A stretch of DNA of 64,000 nucleotides from Nitrosomonadales bacterium (GTDB taxonomy: Bacteria > Pseudomonadota > Gammaproteobacteria > Burkholderiales > Thiobacillaceae). Below the pieces are notes generated by a model. It did no database searches. It was not told where the DNA came from and saw only the letters and a list, made by a program, of their open reading frames with translations. A program made the translations under genes and the position numbers. Location: contig JAYWDZ010000336.1 in NCBI GenBank assembly GCA_043779595.1, forward strand, positions 1,269 to 65,268, in the 5' to 3' direction. Shown in pieces: positions 1 through 10,919 of the stretch; within the stretch, counting starts at the first letter, position 1; the number at the start of each line of letters is the position of its first letter.

Positions 1-1108
1 GCGGTTTTATTGGGGCACGTAAACCGGACAGGATTTCAGTCAGTGCCGTCCGGAGCAGATCAAGTCCAGCACCTGTTCTGGCCGACACATATACAGCTTG
101 AAGTTTACCATATTCATTTCGGCTCACTGCGGGCGGAATCCCTGCTAGATCCAGCTTGTTGTATACCCAGAATATACCGTCTTGTTCGGCGCCCATTTCA
201 TCTAGCACTTTATCCACCGCAGCAATCTGGCATTCCCGGTTGGGGCTCGCAGTATCGATGACATGCAGCAACAGGTCTGCCTCGACCGTGGCTTCCAGCG
301 TGGCCCGAAATGCGGCGATCAGACTGTGCGGCAAGCGGGTCACAAATCCCACCGTATCGGCTATCACGACCTCGCCCAAGCCCGGTAAGAACAACTTGCG
401 CGTGGTGGTATCCAGCGTTGCAAACAGCTGGTCGGCCTCGTAAGCACCGGCGCGCGTCAATGCATTGAACACCGAAGATTTCCCAGCATTGGTATATCCC
501 ACCAGCGCGACTGTAAGCACATTACCGCGCTCGCGTGCCCGACGCTGAGTGCGACGCTGTTTTTCAAGTTTGGACAAACGCTCCTTTAAGGCTTTCACCC
601 GTACGCCTATCAAACGGCGGTCAGTTTCGAGCTGTTTCTCGCCGGGCCCCCGCATGCCAACGCCACCGCGTTGTCGTTCAAGGTGGGTCCATCCGCGGAT
701 AAGTCGAGTCGAAAGGTGTTGCAGCTGCGCCAGTTCGACTTGTAATTTGCCTTCGGCGCTTTGCGCGCGGCGCGCAAAAATATCCAGGATAAGACTAACG
801 CGATCAATCACCCTGCACTGCAAGCGGCGTTCTAGATTACGTTCCTGGGCGGGTGACAGCTCGTGATTAAAAATGACGACATCAGCGTGGGTAAACAATA
901 CCAATGCGGCAATCTCATCCACCTTACCGCTACCCGCGAATAGTGCGGCATCGGGTCGGCTGCGTTTACCCACAACTTGGCCCACAACTTCCAACCCGGC
1001 CCCTGACGCCAGTAATTGGAGTTCAACCAAGTTGTCGGTGTAGTCAGGTTCGCCAAAATCGAGCGCCACCAATATCACGCGCTCACCCCCCATATGACGC
1101 TCAAACAA
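1..1108 (-). CDS. hflX: GTPase HflX (3' end runs off the window)
   Basis: Manual minus-strand translation from TTG at 1108 gives MFERHMGGERVILVAL..., with G1 motif ALVGYTNAGKS near 480-510 and RGPGEKQLETDRR. Absent from the ORF track because there is no stop in the window. Confidence 0.92.
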   Translation of the reverse strand, partial: MFERHMGGERVILVALDFGEPDYTDNLVELQLLASGAGLEVVGQVVGKRSRPDAALFAGSGKVDEIAALVLFTHADVVIFNHELSPAQERNLERRLQCRVIDRVSLILDIFARRAQSAEGKLQVELAQLQHLSTRLIRGWTHLERQRGGVGMRGPGEKQLETDRRLIGVRVKALKERLSKLEKQRRTQRRARERGNVLTVALVGYTNAGKSSVFNALTRAGAYEADQLFATLDTTTRKLFLPGLGEVVIADTVGFVTRLPHSLIAAFRATLEATVEADLLLHVIDTASPNRECQIAAVDKVLDEMGAEQDGIFWVYNKLDLAGIPPAVSRNEYGKLQAVYVSARTGAGLDLLRTALTEILSGLRAPIKP

Positions 1109-1304
1109 TGTGGCAACCTTTAACTATCTTGAGCAAATTTGATCCTATGTAATAGCGATAACCACACTCGCCGTTAAATGACGAGCACTATATTTTCTGA
1201 TATGGAGTGAAGAGGGCGTTGTTTCAAGCCTTGGGGTGTTTTTTAACAGTAACTTGGCGAGTTGGATAGATAGCAACCCGAGGCGCCCATAGCGAGGATA
1301 GCCT

Positions 1305-3131
1305 TCAAAAGCTTTGTGGATGCCCAAAAAACCAGCCTTGTCCCCAGTCGACTCCTATTTCACGCAAGATACGCGCAGTGTCCGCATCTTCCACATGTTC
1401 AGCTATCGTTTTGATCCCCTCTTTGTGGGCGAAATTCGCAATGCTTTCAACAATAGAAGCGATTTTATGATCGCGCTGCATGTTCAAAACCAGCCAGCCT
1501 TCTATCTTCAAAAAACTAATGGGCAGATTAGCCATATACATATAAGACGAGTAACCACTCCCAAAATCATCCAGCGCTAAACGAAAACCAAAATCCAGCA
1601 GAGGCTGCAGATCGGTGCGCAAAGTATCGAGGTTACCTATACGCTGGCGTTCAGTAATTTCCAATACCAGCGGATTGCCTGCCCCGCCGTTTTGGGTACA
1701 GGTTTCAGAATAAGCTTGGGCCGTTTGCAATAATCTGTCGACATAGTCATGTCGGGCCAGGAATTGGGGGGAGAGGTTGATAAAATGCGAGAAGTTACCT
1801 CCGCCGCCTTGTTCCAGGCGTTCTTTACAGCGCGACATGGATAGCTGCGCCATGTACTGATCCAGGTCGGCAATGATGCCCAAACCCTCGGCCATGCCTA
1901 TAAATTTTTCGGCATCGATTAATTCTCCCTCATGGGTAATCAGGCGCGCGAGAGATTCATCCGCAACCGGTAAGCCCGTATTCAAGTCAATAATAACTTG
2001 GGTGGCCAACCGCAATTTGTTGTCTTGTACAGCGTTTTTAACCGTGCGGATGGACCAGCCTGAGTCCACATCGAGAATCGCGTGAACTCGGTCACGACCT
2101 GCATTTTTGGCTGCTCGTAACGACACATCGGCCAACTCCAACGCATGTTGAATATCGTAGCGACCTGGATGTGTGACACCGATACCAGCTGAAAGGGTCA
2201 GCGCGATGGTGCCAATCTCAGTGCTCACGGGGTCATTTTTAATCTGCTGAGCCAAACGTTCGAGCGCACCCACTGCCTCGCGTGCATTGCTTTCATGCAA
2301 GAAGAACAAAAACTTTTCGCCGCCCCAACGCGCCACCCAGTCACAATCGCGTAAGCCCGCCACCAATCGAGTAGAAATCTCTTTTAGCACTTGATCGCCG
2401 GTGGCATGCCCATAGCGGTCGTTGACGTCCCGAAAATGATCCAGATCAACCATCGCTAATGCAAAGCCGTCCTTTTTCCTTTGCGCGCGCGCAAGCTCCT
2501 GATGCAAACGTTCTTCCGCAGCACGACGATTCGGCAAGCCCGTCAACATGTCCGTCAAAGCCAACTTCTCCAGCAGTTCTTTCTGTTCGGAGTGGTATAG
2601 CGCACTGCCCAGCCAACTCGCGACCAGTTCCATATAGATTAGGTCTTCCGGACGTACAGGAGGGGAGATAGAGCGGCGTAAAAAGGCCAACACCCATTCT
2701 GTTTTAAAACCCGTATTGACCGGGAGACCGGAGTAAACCTGCAAACCGGCCTCAGTTACGAGTTTGTGATGCTGCAACACCGGATGAGTATTGAGGTCAG
2801 CAACGTGTAACGCGGACTTACTATTGAAAACGTCCAAACACATCGAGTCATGAAGTTCGACCACCATGCCTTCTGACACGATGTTCAGTGAATCATGTAC
2901 ATAATGAAGGGTGTGATTCTTATCAAACTTGCCCAATAGGACTACGTCCATGCTTAACGCTTTGGCAGCCATGCGCAGCACAGCGCGAATACGGGTGTCG
3001 TCATCCAACTCGTATTGGGTGGAAAGATTCCACAAAGCCTTCAGGCACTCAGCATGCGAGATGCTTGTAACGGCTTGTTCTGCCACATTAATATCTATGG
3101 CAGAAGCGACACTTAAATGCGCAATAGTCAC
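1305..3131 (-). CDS. GAF-GGDEF-EAL c-di-GMP signalling protein
   Basis: 608-aa ORF: N-terminal GAF-like region; DMLTGLPNRR, DLDHF and variant GGEKF; EAL-domain motifs ESLARL, LEITE, DDFGSGYSS, AEHVE, QGW. Confidence 0.9.
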   Translation of the reverse strand: MTIAHLSVASAIDINVAEQAVTSISHAECLKALWNLSTQYELDDDTRIRAVLRMAAKALSMDVVLLGKFDKNHTLHYVHDSLNIVSEGMVVELHDSMCLDVFNSKSALHVADLNTHPVLQHHKLVTEAGLQVYSGLPVNTGFKTEWVLAFLRRSISPPVRPEDLIYMELVASWLGSALYHSEQKELLEKLALTDMLTGLPNRRAAEERLHQELARAQRKKDGFALAMVDLDHFRDVNDRYGHATGDQVLKEISTRLVAGLRDCDWVARWGGEKFLFFLHESNAREAVGALERLAQQIKNDPVSTEIGTIALTLSAGIGVTHPGRYDIQHALELADVSLRAAKNAGRDRVHAILDVDSGWSIRTVKNAVQDNKLRLATQVIIDLNTGLPVADESLARLITHEGELIDAEKFIGMAEGLGIIADLDQYMAQLSMSRCKERLEQGGGGNFSHFINLSPQFLARHDYVDRLLQTAQAYSETCTQNGGAGNPLVLEITERQRIGNLDTLRTDLQPLLDFGFRLALDDFGSGYSSYMYMANLPISFLKIEGWLVLNMQRDHKIASIVESIANFAHKEGIKTIAEHVEDADTARILREIGVDWGQGWFFGHPQSF

Positions 3132-3233
3132 AACGTCCTAACTTTAAAAAGGATGATTAAAATTAGTTTAGAACCCTCACACCACGCTGTCGATGGGAAA
3201 TATCACCCTTTTAACGCTTCTGTCCCGGCTATC

Positions 3234-4322
3234 TCACTCGAGTCCCAAATCAACCGCGCGTAATTTCTCTGCTGCCTGTTCTGGACTGATAGTGTTGACA
3301 AAGAGCCCTGAGCCTAGTTCAAAGCCCGTCGGAATAGAGGTGCGAGGGCAAATTTCCAGATGCCAGTGGTAACTATTTGCGTTGGCTTGCTTGTCGTTAT
3401 CATGCGGTACCGAGTGCAAAAAGAAATTAAATTGCGCACCTCCAATCACCGCATCCAGCCGAGCCATCGTACGGCGCAGCACCCGCGCCAGATCAGGCAT
3501 ATCAAACACGCTCACATCCAAAAATTCCGCCTGATGCTGTAACGGCAAAATGTGGACTTCCCATTCGTAGCGGCTCGCAAAAGGTTTGATCGCGATGAAT
3601 TTTTCACCGCGTTCCACTACGTATTGCCCCACATTGACACGGCGTCGTACCGCGCCTGAATTGCGATCGTAAATCGTCGCTTCGAAGGTCAGCGCTTCGT
3701 CAATCAGCGCGCAGAAAATGCAATGGTGATGCTTGGTGTAGTGAGCCGCACTGTTACGCACTTCAGCCTCGACGTTTTCGGGCACCACTGGCATTGCGAT
3801 AACCTGACTATGCGTATGCGGGATTGATGCGCCGGCTGCGGGTCCGAAGTTCTTGAAGATCAATACATAGCGCAGGCGCTCGTCGGATTCGTACAATTGC
3901 CGCATCCGCGCCTGAAATACGCCAAACAGGGCAGCCAGATGTTCCTCAGACATTTCAAATAACGCTGCGCCATGCTCGTGATGATCGATGATGACTTCGT
4001 GCCGTCCGTACCCATCGATGGTTTGTTGCAAGCCAAAATTAAATCCTGATTGCTCGCGATCATCGCCCAGTACCGGGTAGAGATTTTCGACCATACGAAT
4101 TTGCCAATCGGCGCTGTCGGGTGGATAAGTCAGAATCACCGGCGGGGTTTTATGCTCATTGCCACGACAGAACGGGCAGGTATCGACATGCTTGCGTGTA
4201 TCTCGCGGCGCTAGGTCCTCAGCCTTTTTAGGGCGCATGCTGCGCGCGGTGGCTACCAGCACAGACTCTGTCGGCACAATGGGATTGATACGGATTTCGC
4301 GGACTTCGTTTTGTTCGGACAT
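3234..4322 (-). CDS. galT: Galactose-1-phosphate uridylyltransferase (GalT/HIT superfamily)
   Basis: CPFCRGNE, ENLYP, GRHEVII, FKNFGPAAGASIPHTHSQ (HxHxQ), YHWHLEI, GFELGSG. Confidence 0.9.
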   Translation of the reverse strand: MSEQNEVREIRINPIVPTESVLVATARSMRPKKAEDLAPRDTRKHVDTCPFCRGNEHKTPPVILTYPPDSADWQIRMVENLYPVLGDDREQSGFNFGLQQTIDGYGRHEVIIDHHEHGAALFEMSEEHLAALFGVFQARMRQLYESDERLRYVLIFKNFGPAAGASIPHTHSQVIAMPVVPENVEAEVRNSAAHYTKHHHCIFCALIDEALTFEATIYDRNSGAVRRRVNVGQYVVERGEKFIAIKPFASRYEWEVHILPLQHQAEFLDVSVFDMPDLARVLRRTMARLDAVIGGAQFNFFLHSVPHDNDKQANANSYHWHLEICPRTSIPTGFELGSGLFVNTISPEQAAEKLRAVDLGLE

Positions 4323-4612
4323 GCGGGGTCTCCTCAGGCTGCCAGCTTAAAACAGCAGTTCCCCGATAGCCTTGATAATCTTCTTATGCTGCCCTTCAAA
4401 CTTCTTATCAAGTGGATCACTGATCACCAAAACTATAATTCTTTAAGTGGCTGAACCACGGTTACGCAGGGGAAATAGCCTGGAAATGCAAGTATGACAA
4501 CTCTCTCTTCAGGTGCGTACTATGACCATGGAGCTGACCTCACAAGCTGAGGTTTCGCGTTGACGGAATCACCATCACCGCCCACAATGAAGCCTTACCG
4601 TAGGAGCCTGAT

Positions 4613-4897
4613 ATGGATACCGAACAAGATCTTTCCGAAGAACAGCGCATCATGCGCATGATGCGCAAAACGCTGAGTTTTATCGTACGTGATACTGCGC
4701 CGCGCGACGGCAATGCGAGCCCATTAGCCGAAGCCACTATCCTCAGCATTAAGGATTGTCTGGTGGTGATTTCCAACCGCGAAGCGGAACTGGCGAATAT
4801 GCAGAATCTCAATCGCAACGAGCGTCCGCATTACACCGACGAAACGCCGACCGCGCACGTCGTCAAAATCAGCAGCATTCCGAAAAAACCTCATTAA
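4613..4897 (+). CDS. Small hypothetical protein
   Basis: 94-aa ORF with AGGAG RBS upstream and protein-like composition; function not recognised. Confidence 0.7.
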   Translation: MDTEQDLSEEQRIMRMMRKTLSFIVRDTAPRDGNASPLAEATILSIKDCLVVISNREAELANMQNLNRNERPHYTDETPTAHVVKISSIPKKPH

Positions 4898-4903
4898 AGC
4901 CTG

Positions 4904-5158
4904 ATGCTCCCCTCGACCGGATTGTTTACCGACATGGAAGCTGGCGTCGTGGGCACGTCGGCAGTGGTGATTTATTCGCCGTCCGGCAAACGCAACCGTA
5001 AACGCTTCCCCGAGAACTGCGTGCAGCTAGTGGCCGACGAGGATGAGGCTTTAAGCCGCGCCGATCCTGATAAGGGCTTTCACGCTGCCATCGCCAGCGG
5101 TCCGGCGCGCTCGTCCGAAGGCTTCAAACTCTTTTATCTAATCCGCTGGCTGGATTAG
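4904..5158 (+). CDS. Small hypothetical protein
   Basis: 84-aa ORF 6 bp downstream of the previous gene, converging on nadC. Confidence 0.6.
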   Translation: MLPSTGLFTDMEAGVVGTSAVVIYSPSGKRNRKRFPENCVQLVADEDEALSRADPDKGFHAAIASGPARSSEGFKLFYLIRWLD

Positions 5159-5997
5159 GGTTCTACCAACCGCATCGACAAATCCACAGCGCGGATATGT
5201 TTAGTCAGCGCACCGATTGAGATGCGCTCGACGCCGGTCTCGGCGATTTCGCGCACGTTGGCCAGGCTGATATTGCCCGAGGCTTCGAGCAGCGCCCGAC
5301 CCCGGGTGATCTGCACCGCGCGCCGCATCTGCGGCAGGCTGAAATTATCCAGCAGAATTAGCGGCGCACCGGCGGCCAGCGCCTGTTCGAGTTGGTCGAG
5401 ATTTTCCACCTCGATCTGCACGCTGACTTTATCGTCCGCCAGTCCAAAAGCTGCTTCCAGCGCTTCGGCGATGCCGCCTGCGGCAGCGATGTGGTTTTCC
5501 TTGATCAGTATCCCGTCAAACAACCCGAGGCGCTGGTTCTGCCCGCCACCGACGCGCACTGCATATTTTTCGGCGATGCGCAGCCCGGGCAGAGTTTTGC
5601 GGGTATCGAGGATCGCGGTATGCGTGCCGCGCACAGCTTCGACATAGGGGCGCGTAGCGGTGGCGACTGCGGACAGCGTTTGCAGAAAATTCAGCGCGGG
5701 GCGTTCTGCGGTCAGCAAGGCCCGGGCAAGCCCCGTAATTTCCACCAGCACTGTATCCGCGATGACGCTGTCGCCTTCGTTCACCTGCCAGTCGATATGA
5801 CAGGCGGGATCAAGCGCCTGGAAGCAGGCATCGAACCAGGGGCGACCCGCGATCACCGCATTTTCGCGGGTGATTACACGGGCCTTGGCGGTCTGAGACG
5901 CGGGCAGGAGTTGCGCAGTCAGGTCACCGCGCCCCATGTCTTCAGCCAGCGCGCGGGCTACATCGAGGGCAACTTGTTCGGCAATCAAATCTGACAT
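5155..5997 (-). CDS. nadC: Nicotinate-nucleotide diphosphorylase (carboxylating)
   Basis: ALAED..GDLTA, LLTAERPALN, DTRKTLPGLR..EKYAV, IKENHI, ILLDNF, EASGNI, ISIGALT. Confidence 0.96.
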   Translation of the reverse strand: MSDLIAEQVALDVARALAEDMGRGDLTAQLLPASQTAKARVITRENAVIAGRPWFDACFQALDPACHIDWQVNEGDSVIADTVLVEITGLARALLTAERPALNFLQTLSAVATATRPYVEAVRGTHTAILDTRKTLPGLRIAEKYAVRVGGGQNQRLGLFDGILIKENHIAAAGGIAEALEAAFGLADDKVSVQIEVENLDQLEQALAAGAPLILLDNFSLPQMRRAVQITRGRALLEASGNISLANVREIAETGVERISIGALTKHIRAVDLSMRLVEP

Positions 5998-6001
5998 ATG
6001 G

Positions 6002-6030
6002 CTTGAAAATCCTTAAACCAGCACAACGTA
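6002..6030 (+). promoter_or_regulatory. Possible sigma32 heat-shock promoter of clpB
   Basis: Perfect CTTGAAA -35 at 6002-6008, 60 bp upstream of clpB; the -10 (CACAACGT) only weakly matches CCCCATNT. Confidence 0.35.
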
Positions 6031-6067
6031 GGGGTCATTCAATCTTACCTTAGGCTTAAGGATCACT

Positions 6068-8647
6068 ATGCGTTTTGACAAACTCACGACCAAGTTTCAA
6101 CAAGCCATCGCCGACGCGCAAAGTCTCGCTGTGGGGGCAGACAACGCGTATATCGAGCCGCAACATCTGCTGCTCGCATTGCTGCAACAGGACGACGGCG
6201 GATCGGCTTCACTGCTGGCGCGCGCCGGAGTGCAGGTGCAGGCGCTCAAACCCGCGCTGACCCAATCGCTGACGCGTTTGCCCAAGGTCGAAGGGCAGGG
6301 CGGCGAGGTGTCGATTTCGCGTGACCTGAATAATCTGCTGAACCTCACCGACAAGGAGGCGATGAAGCGCGGCGACGCGTTCATCGCGTCGGAGTTTTTT
6401 CTGCTCGCGGCGCTGGACGACAAGGGCGAGACCGGGCGTCTACTGAAACAGCACGGTGCGTCCAAACCCGCGCTTGAGGCGGCGATTCAATCGGTGCGCG
6501 GGGGTGAAGGCGTGCAATCATCCGAAGCCGAAGGCCAACGCGAGTCGCTCGCCAAATACACGCTCGACCTGACCGAACGCGCGCGCGCGGGCAAGCTCGA
6601 CCCGGTGATCGGGCGCGATGATGAAATTCGCCGTTCGATCCAGATTCTGCAACGCCGCACCAAGAACAACCCGGTGCTGATCGGCGAGCCCGGCGTCGGT
6701 AAAACCGCCATCGTCGAAGGGCTGGCGCAGCGGATTGTGAACGAGGAAGTGCCCGAGACGCTGAAGGGCAAAAAAGTGCTGGTGCTGGATCTGGCCGCAC
6801 TGCTCGCGGGCGCCAAATATCGCGGTGAATTCGAGGAACGGCTCAAATCCGTGTTGAAAGAACTGGCGATGGACCCGGGCCGCTATATTTTATTTCTGGA
6901 CGAGCTGCACACGCTGGTCGGCGCGGGCAAGGCCGAAGGCGCGATGGATGCGGGCAATATGCTGAAACCGGCGCTGGCGCGCGGCGAACTGCACCTGATC
7001 GGCGCGACCACGCTCGACGAATACCGCAAGTATGTGGAGAAAGACGCCGCGCTGGAGCGCCGCTTCCAGAAGGTGCTAGTGGACGAACCGAGTGTGGAAT
7101 CGACCATCGCGATTCTGCGCGGTTTGCAGGAACGCTACGAACTGCATCATGGTGTGGAGATCACCGATCCGGCGATTGTCGCGGCCGCGGAACTATCGCA
7201 TCGCTACATCAGCGACCGCTTTCTGCCGGACAAGGCGATCGATCTGATCGACGAAGCCGCGGCGCGGATCAAAATGGAAATCGACTCCAAGCCCGAGGTG
7301 ATGGATAAACTCGAGCGGCGCATGATCCAGCTGAAGATCGAGCGCGAAGCGGTCAAGCGCGAAAAGGACGAAGCCTCGAAGAAGCGCCTGCAAATTATCG
7401 AAGACGAATTGCAGGCGCTGCAGCGCGAGTACAACGACCTGGAAGAAATCTGGAAAGCCGAAAAAGCCCAGGTGCAAGGCACCGCGCATATCAAGGAAGA
7501 AATTGACAAGCTGCGCGCGCAGATGGTTGATTTACAACGCCAAGGCAAGCTCGACAAGGTTGCCGAGATTCAATACGGCACCTTGCCCGCACTGGAAGCG
7601 CAGCTGACCCACGCCGAGAGCAGTGATGCGGCCAAGCCCGTCTTCAAACTACTGCGCACTGAAGTCGGCGCCGAAGAAATCGCCGAAGTCGTGTCGCGCG
7701 CGACAGGTATTCCGGTATCGAAAATGATGCAGGGCGAGCGCGAAAAGCTGCTGCATATGGAAGAGAAATTGCACCAGCGCGTGGTCGGGCAGGACGAGGC
7801 GATCCGTGTCGTAGCCGACGCGATCCGGCGTTCGCGCGCCGGGCTGTCTGACCCGAACCGCCCGCTAGGTTCGTTCCTGTTCCTTGGCCCCACCGGCGTC
7901 GGCAAGACCGAGCTGTGCAAAACCCTGGCCGAATACATGTTCGATTCCGCCGACCACATGATCCGCATCGACATGAGCGAATTCATGGAAAAGCATTCGG
8001 TCGCGCGGCTGATCGGCGCGCCGCCCGGTTATGTGGGCTATGAAGAGGGCGGCCATTTGACCGAAGCCGTGCGCCGCAAGCCGTATTCGGTGATCCTGCT
8101 GGACGAAGTAGAGAAGGCGCATCCAGACGTGTTCAATGTGCTGCTGCAAGTGCTCGACGACGGCCGCCTCACCGACGGGCAAGGCCGCACCGTGGATTTT
8201 CGCAATACCGTGATCGTGATGACTTCCAACCTTGGCAGTCAAATGATCCAGACCATGAGCGGCGATGATTATCAGGTCATCAAGCTCGCGGTGCTCGGCG
8301 AAGTGAAATCCTATTTCCGCCCCGAGTTTTTGAACCGGCTCGACGAGATCGTCGTGTTCCACGCGCTCGACGAAAAGCACATCGCGAGCATCGCGCGAAT
8401 CCAGTTGCAGGGCCTGGAAAAGCGCCTCGCGCAAATGGAAATGAAGCTCGAAGTCAGCGAGACTGCGCTAAGCGAACTGGCCAAAGCAGGCTTCGACCCA
8501 ATCTACGGCGCGCGGCCGCTCAAGCGCGCGATCCAGGCTGAGCTGGAAAACCCGCTGGCAAGAGAAATTCTTGCCGGGCGTTTCGGGCCGAAGGATGTGA
8601 TTCACGTCGATGCGCAGGAGGGAGTATTCAGTTTCAAGAAGGCGTAA
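6068..8647 (+). CDS. clpB: ATP-dependent chaperone ClpB
   Basis: 859 aa; MRFDKLT N-terminus, two Walker A motifs ([16 protein letters not shown]), coiled-coil M domain, GARPLKR. Confidence 0.98.
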   Translation: MRFDKLTTKFQQAIADAQSLAVGADNAYIEPQHLLLALLQQDDGGSASLLARAGVQVQALKPALTQSLTRLPKVEGQGGEVSISRDLNNLLNLTDKEAMKRGDAFIASEFFLLAALDDKGETGRLLKQHGASKPALEAAIQSVRGGEGVQSSEAEGQRESLAKYTLDLTERARAGKLDPVIGRDDEIRRSIQILQRRTKNNPVLIGEPGVGKTAIVEGLAQRIVNEEVPETLKGKKVLVLDLAALLAGAKYRGEFEERLKSVLKELAMDPGRYILFLDELHTLVGAGKAEGAMDAGNMLKPALARGELHLIGATTLDEYRKYVEKDAALERRFQKVLVDEPSVESTIAILRGLQERYELHHGVEITDPAIVAAAELSHRYISDRFLPDKAIDLIDEAAARIKMEIDSKPEVMDKLERRMIQLKIEREAVKREKDEASKKRLQIIEDELQALQREYNDLEEIWKAEKAQVQGTAHIKEEIDKLRAQMVDLQRQGKLDKVAEIQYGTLPALEAQLTHAESSDAAKPVFKLLRTEVGAEEIAEVVSRATGIPVSKMMQGEREKLLHMEEKLHQRVVGQDEAIRVVADAIRRSRAGLSDPNRPLGSFLFLGPTGVGKTELCKTLAEYMFDSADHMIRIDMSEFMEKHSVARLIGAPPGYVGYEEGGHLTEAVRRKPYSVILLDEVEKAHPDVFNVLLQVLDDGRLTDGQGRTVDFRNTVIVMTSNLGSQMIQTMSGDDYQVIKLAVLGEVKSYFRPEFLNRLDEIVVFHALDEKHIASIARIQLQGLEKRLAQMEMKLEVSETALSELAKAGFDPIYGARPLKRAIQAELENPLAREILAGRFGPKDVIHVDAQEGVFSFKKA

Positions 8648-8650
8648 GTG

Positions 8651-8678
8651 ACGGGGGCGTAAGCCCCCGTTTTTTTTT
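8651..8678 (+). terminator. Rho-independent terminator of clpB
   Basis: ACGGGGGC-GTAA-GCCCCCGT perfect stem with GNRA loop followed by a T run. Confidence 0.92.
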
Positions 8679-8839
8679 GGGTGAGGCAGCCACGGCACAC
8701 ACGATACAATCAAGCAAATAACAATTTCCTGGGTACGCCAATCGGCGCTCACCTCAACCTAACACTTACGCAGCAGGGTAGGTTACATACGTTTTTGGCT
8801 GGGTAGACGTGCCAGTAAGACCACAATTAAGGGAGCCCC

Positions 8840-10106
8840 ATGAGCGAATTGGAAAAGCCGCAAGCCTATCTGTCAGCCGATTTTGGCGAGCACGGCGGAC
8901 ACTATGAATGGATGACTCACGAGGAAGCGATGACTTGGATCACCCAGCTTCAGGATCAATGGAGTTGGATTAGCCAGCAAAGTCACAACCCGCCCAATCA
9001 AGCGTGGCAGGCCATAGCAAACCCATTAGTTAATGCAACTAATACCCTTCAGCAAGCGCAGAACTTACGCAATCAGGGACAGATCGAGAGCGCTAACAGT
9101 CACGTCGCTTTGGCTGGTTCCATCCTCGAGGAATTTATTCGTGGAAATTCATGGTTGCTTCCCAAGGCAGCACAGCGGAAATTCGTAGAAGAACTCAGGG
9201 ATGCCGGTAAACCACTGGAGTCCGCCCTAATCGTGTGCCACTGGATGAAACTGGATCTTTCCGGGGCACCGATCCAATCAGTGGTAAGTGGGTTATTGCA
9301 GTGGAACTCTACGAGCGCGGTATCAAGGATCGGATAAAAACCGAGAATGCTGCGCTCAAGCGGCTCGCGGGCGACATGCAAAGCACCCTAACTCAATTCC
9401 AGGAAGCGGAGCGCACACAAACTCTCCGCTTCGATGAACTGCATGGCCGAATTTCTGAACAGTCCTCGCAACATCAATGGACTTTTGATGCATATCAAAA
9501 GACAAGGGCTAACGATTGGCAAAAGCAACTCGACGACACTCGGGCTGAACTGGATCGGCTGAAGGAAACCTATGACAAGCACATGGCTCTCGCCGCCCCT
9601 GTTGAATATTGGGATGCCAAGCGCAAGAAGCATCGGCTCTGGTCGGGAATTTCCTTTGGTGCCATTGTCGTTGGCATGGGGTCTACGGCCTATTTCCTGC
9701 ATACCGAACTGCAATCGGTGGGGCAGGCAGTCATGGCCAGTAAGGCAGCAGCGACAGCATCAGCTACCAAGATGCAACCCCTGGCTCTACAACAATTCAG
9801 ACGTTAACCGACTCCACCACCACTTGGCATTTGGGCTCCTTTATTCTGTTAGCGACCCTTAGCTTCTGGTTCATCCGCTTGTTGGTACGCATTTTCCTGA
9901 GCAATCTCCACTTGGAAAACGACGCAGCCGAACGGGTCACGATGGCAAAAACGTATTTGGCCCTGATCCGTGACGGCAGCTTGCCCAACGGCGACAATAT
10001 CAGCACCGTCCTTGCCGCGCTGTTCCGTCCAACCGGGGACGGCATCGTGAAGGATGAAGGCGTGCCTCCTTCGGCCTTGGAGTGGTTCACTAAACTTGGT
10101 CGATAG
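8840..10106 (+). pseudogene. DUF6161-like coiled-coil/membrane protein split by two frameshifts
   Basis: ORFs 8840-9337, 9235-9807 and 9831-10106 join if one base is restored near 9303 (TGG[G]AA, LQWELYERG) and near 9769 (ACCAA[A]GAT, KDATPGS). C-terminus IRLLVRIFLSNLHLENDAAER..TYLAL..ALFRP..DGIVKD resembles DUF6161 proteins. Confidence 0.7.
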
Positions 10107-10120
10107 GCCCCAGATACAAC

Positions 10121-10915
10121 ATGACTGCCAGCTTCACCGTCTACATCGATGAATCCGGGGACGAGGGTTTCGTCTTCCATCCCAATGAACGGGGTAGTTC
10201 GCGCTGGCTGGTGCTGTCCGCCGTAGTGTTCCGCAAGAGCAACGACTTGCATGCGGTGCACCTCATGCGGGAGGTTCGGGCTAAGCTGGGGAAAGAACCG
10301 AAGAAGGCGCTGCATTTCCGTGAATTGCGGCATGAGCAGCGCGTGCCGTATGTTCGGGCAATTGGCGAAGCACAGGTACGCACGGTGTCGGTGCTGATTC
10401 ACAAGCCGTCGATCAAGGAGCCAGAGCGGTTCCAAAGCGAGAGCTTCCGCCTCTATCGCTACGCCACGCGCCTGTTGCTGGAGCGCGTCTCGTGGCTGTG
10501 TCGCGACCAGCGCAAGGATGACGATGGAGACGGCACTGCGGAGATTACTTTCTCCAATCGCAGTGCCATGTCTTACGATGACTTGCGGCAGTACTTGGGG
10601 CATTTACGGGAAACAGGCGAGGCGAAGGATGTGCGTGTCGATTGGAATGTGGTGCGGCCGGAGCGGGTGAAAGCCGTCAATCACGATCAATTGGCGGGAT
10701 TGCAAATTGCCGATGCCGTGGCATCCGGCATCTACTTTGCTGTCAATCTGAGTCAGTATAGGGAAGTGGAGGATCGCTACCTGCACCTGCTGGCGCCAAC
10801 GATTTACCGCCACAAGAAAACGGCACTGGGTTATGGGCTTAAATTCTGGCCGGAGGACTTCGAGACGTTGACCGGGACATTGCCTCACCTCACCGCGTTC
10901 CAAGTCTACAAATGA
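10121..10915 (+). CDS. DUF3800 family protein (RNase H-like fold)
   Basis: N-terminal VYIDESGD, central LHFREL and C-terminal GLQIADAVA (QxAD) signatures. Confidence 0.85.
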   Translation: MTASFTVYIDESGDEGFVFHPNERGSSRWLVLSAVVFRKSNDLHAVHLMREVRAKLGKEPKKALHFRELRHEQRVPYVRAIGEAQVRTVSVLIHKPSIKEPERFQSESFRLYRYATRLLLERVSWLCRDQRKDDDGDGTAEITFSNRSAMSYDDLRQYLGHLRETGEAKDVRVDWNVVRPERVKAVNHDQLAGLQIADAVASGIYFAVNLSQYREVEDRYLHLLAPTIYRHKKTALGYGLKFWPEDFETLTGTLPHLTAFQVYK

Positions 10916-10919
10916 AAAT

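Noticed and set aside
6075-8752. Many 60-190-aa alternative-frame ORFs inside clpB (likewise nadC, tgt, secDF, RND genes, smc)
   Set aside because: Expected shadow ORFs of GC-rich coding DNA.
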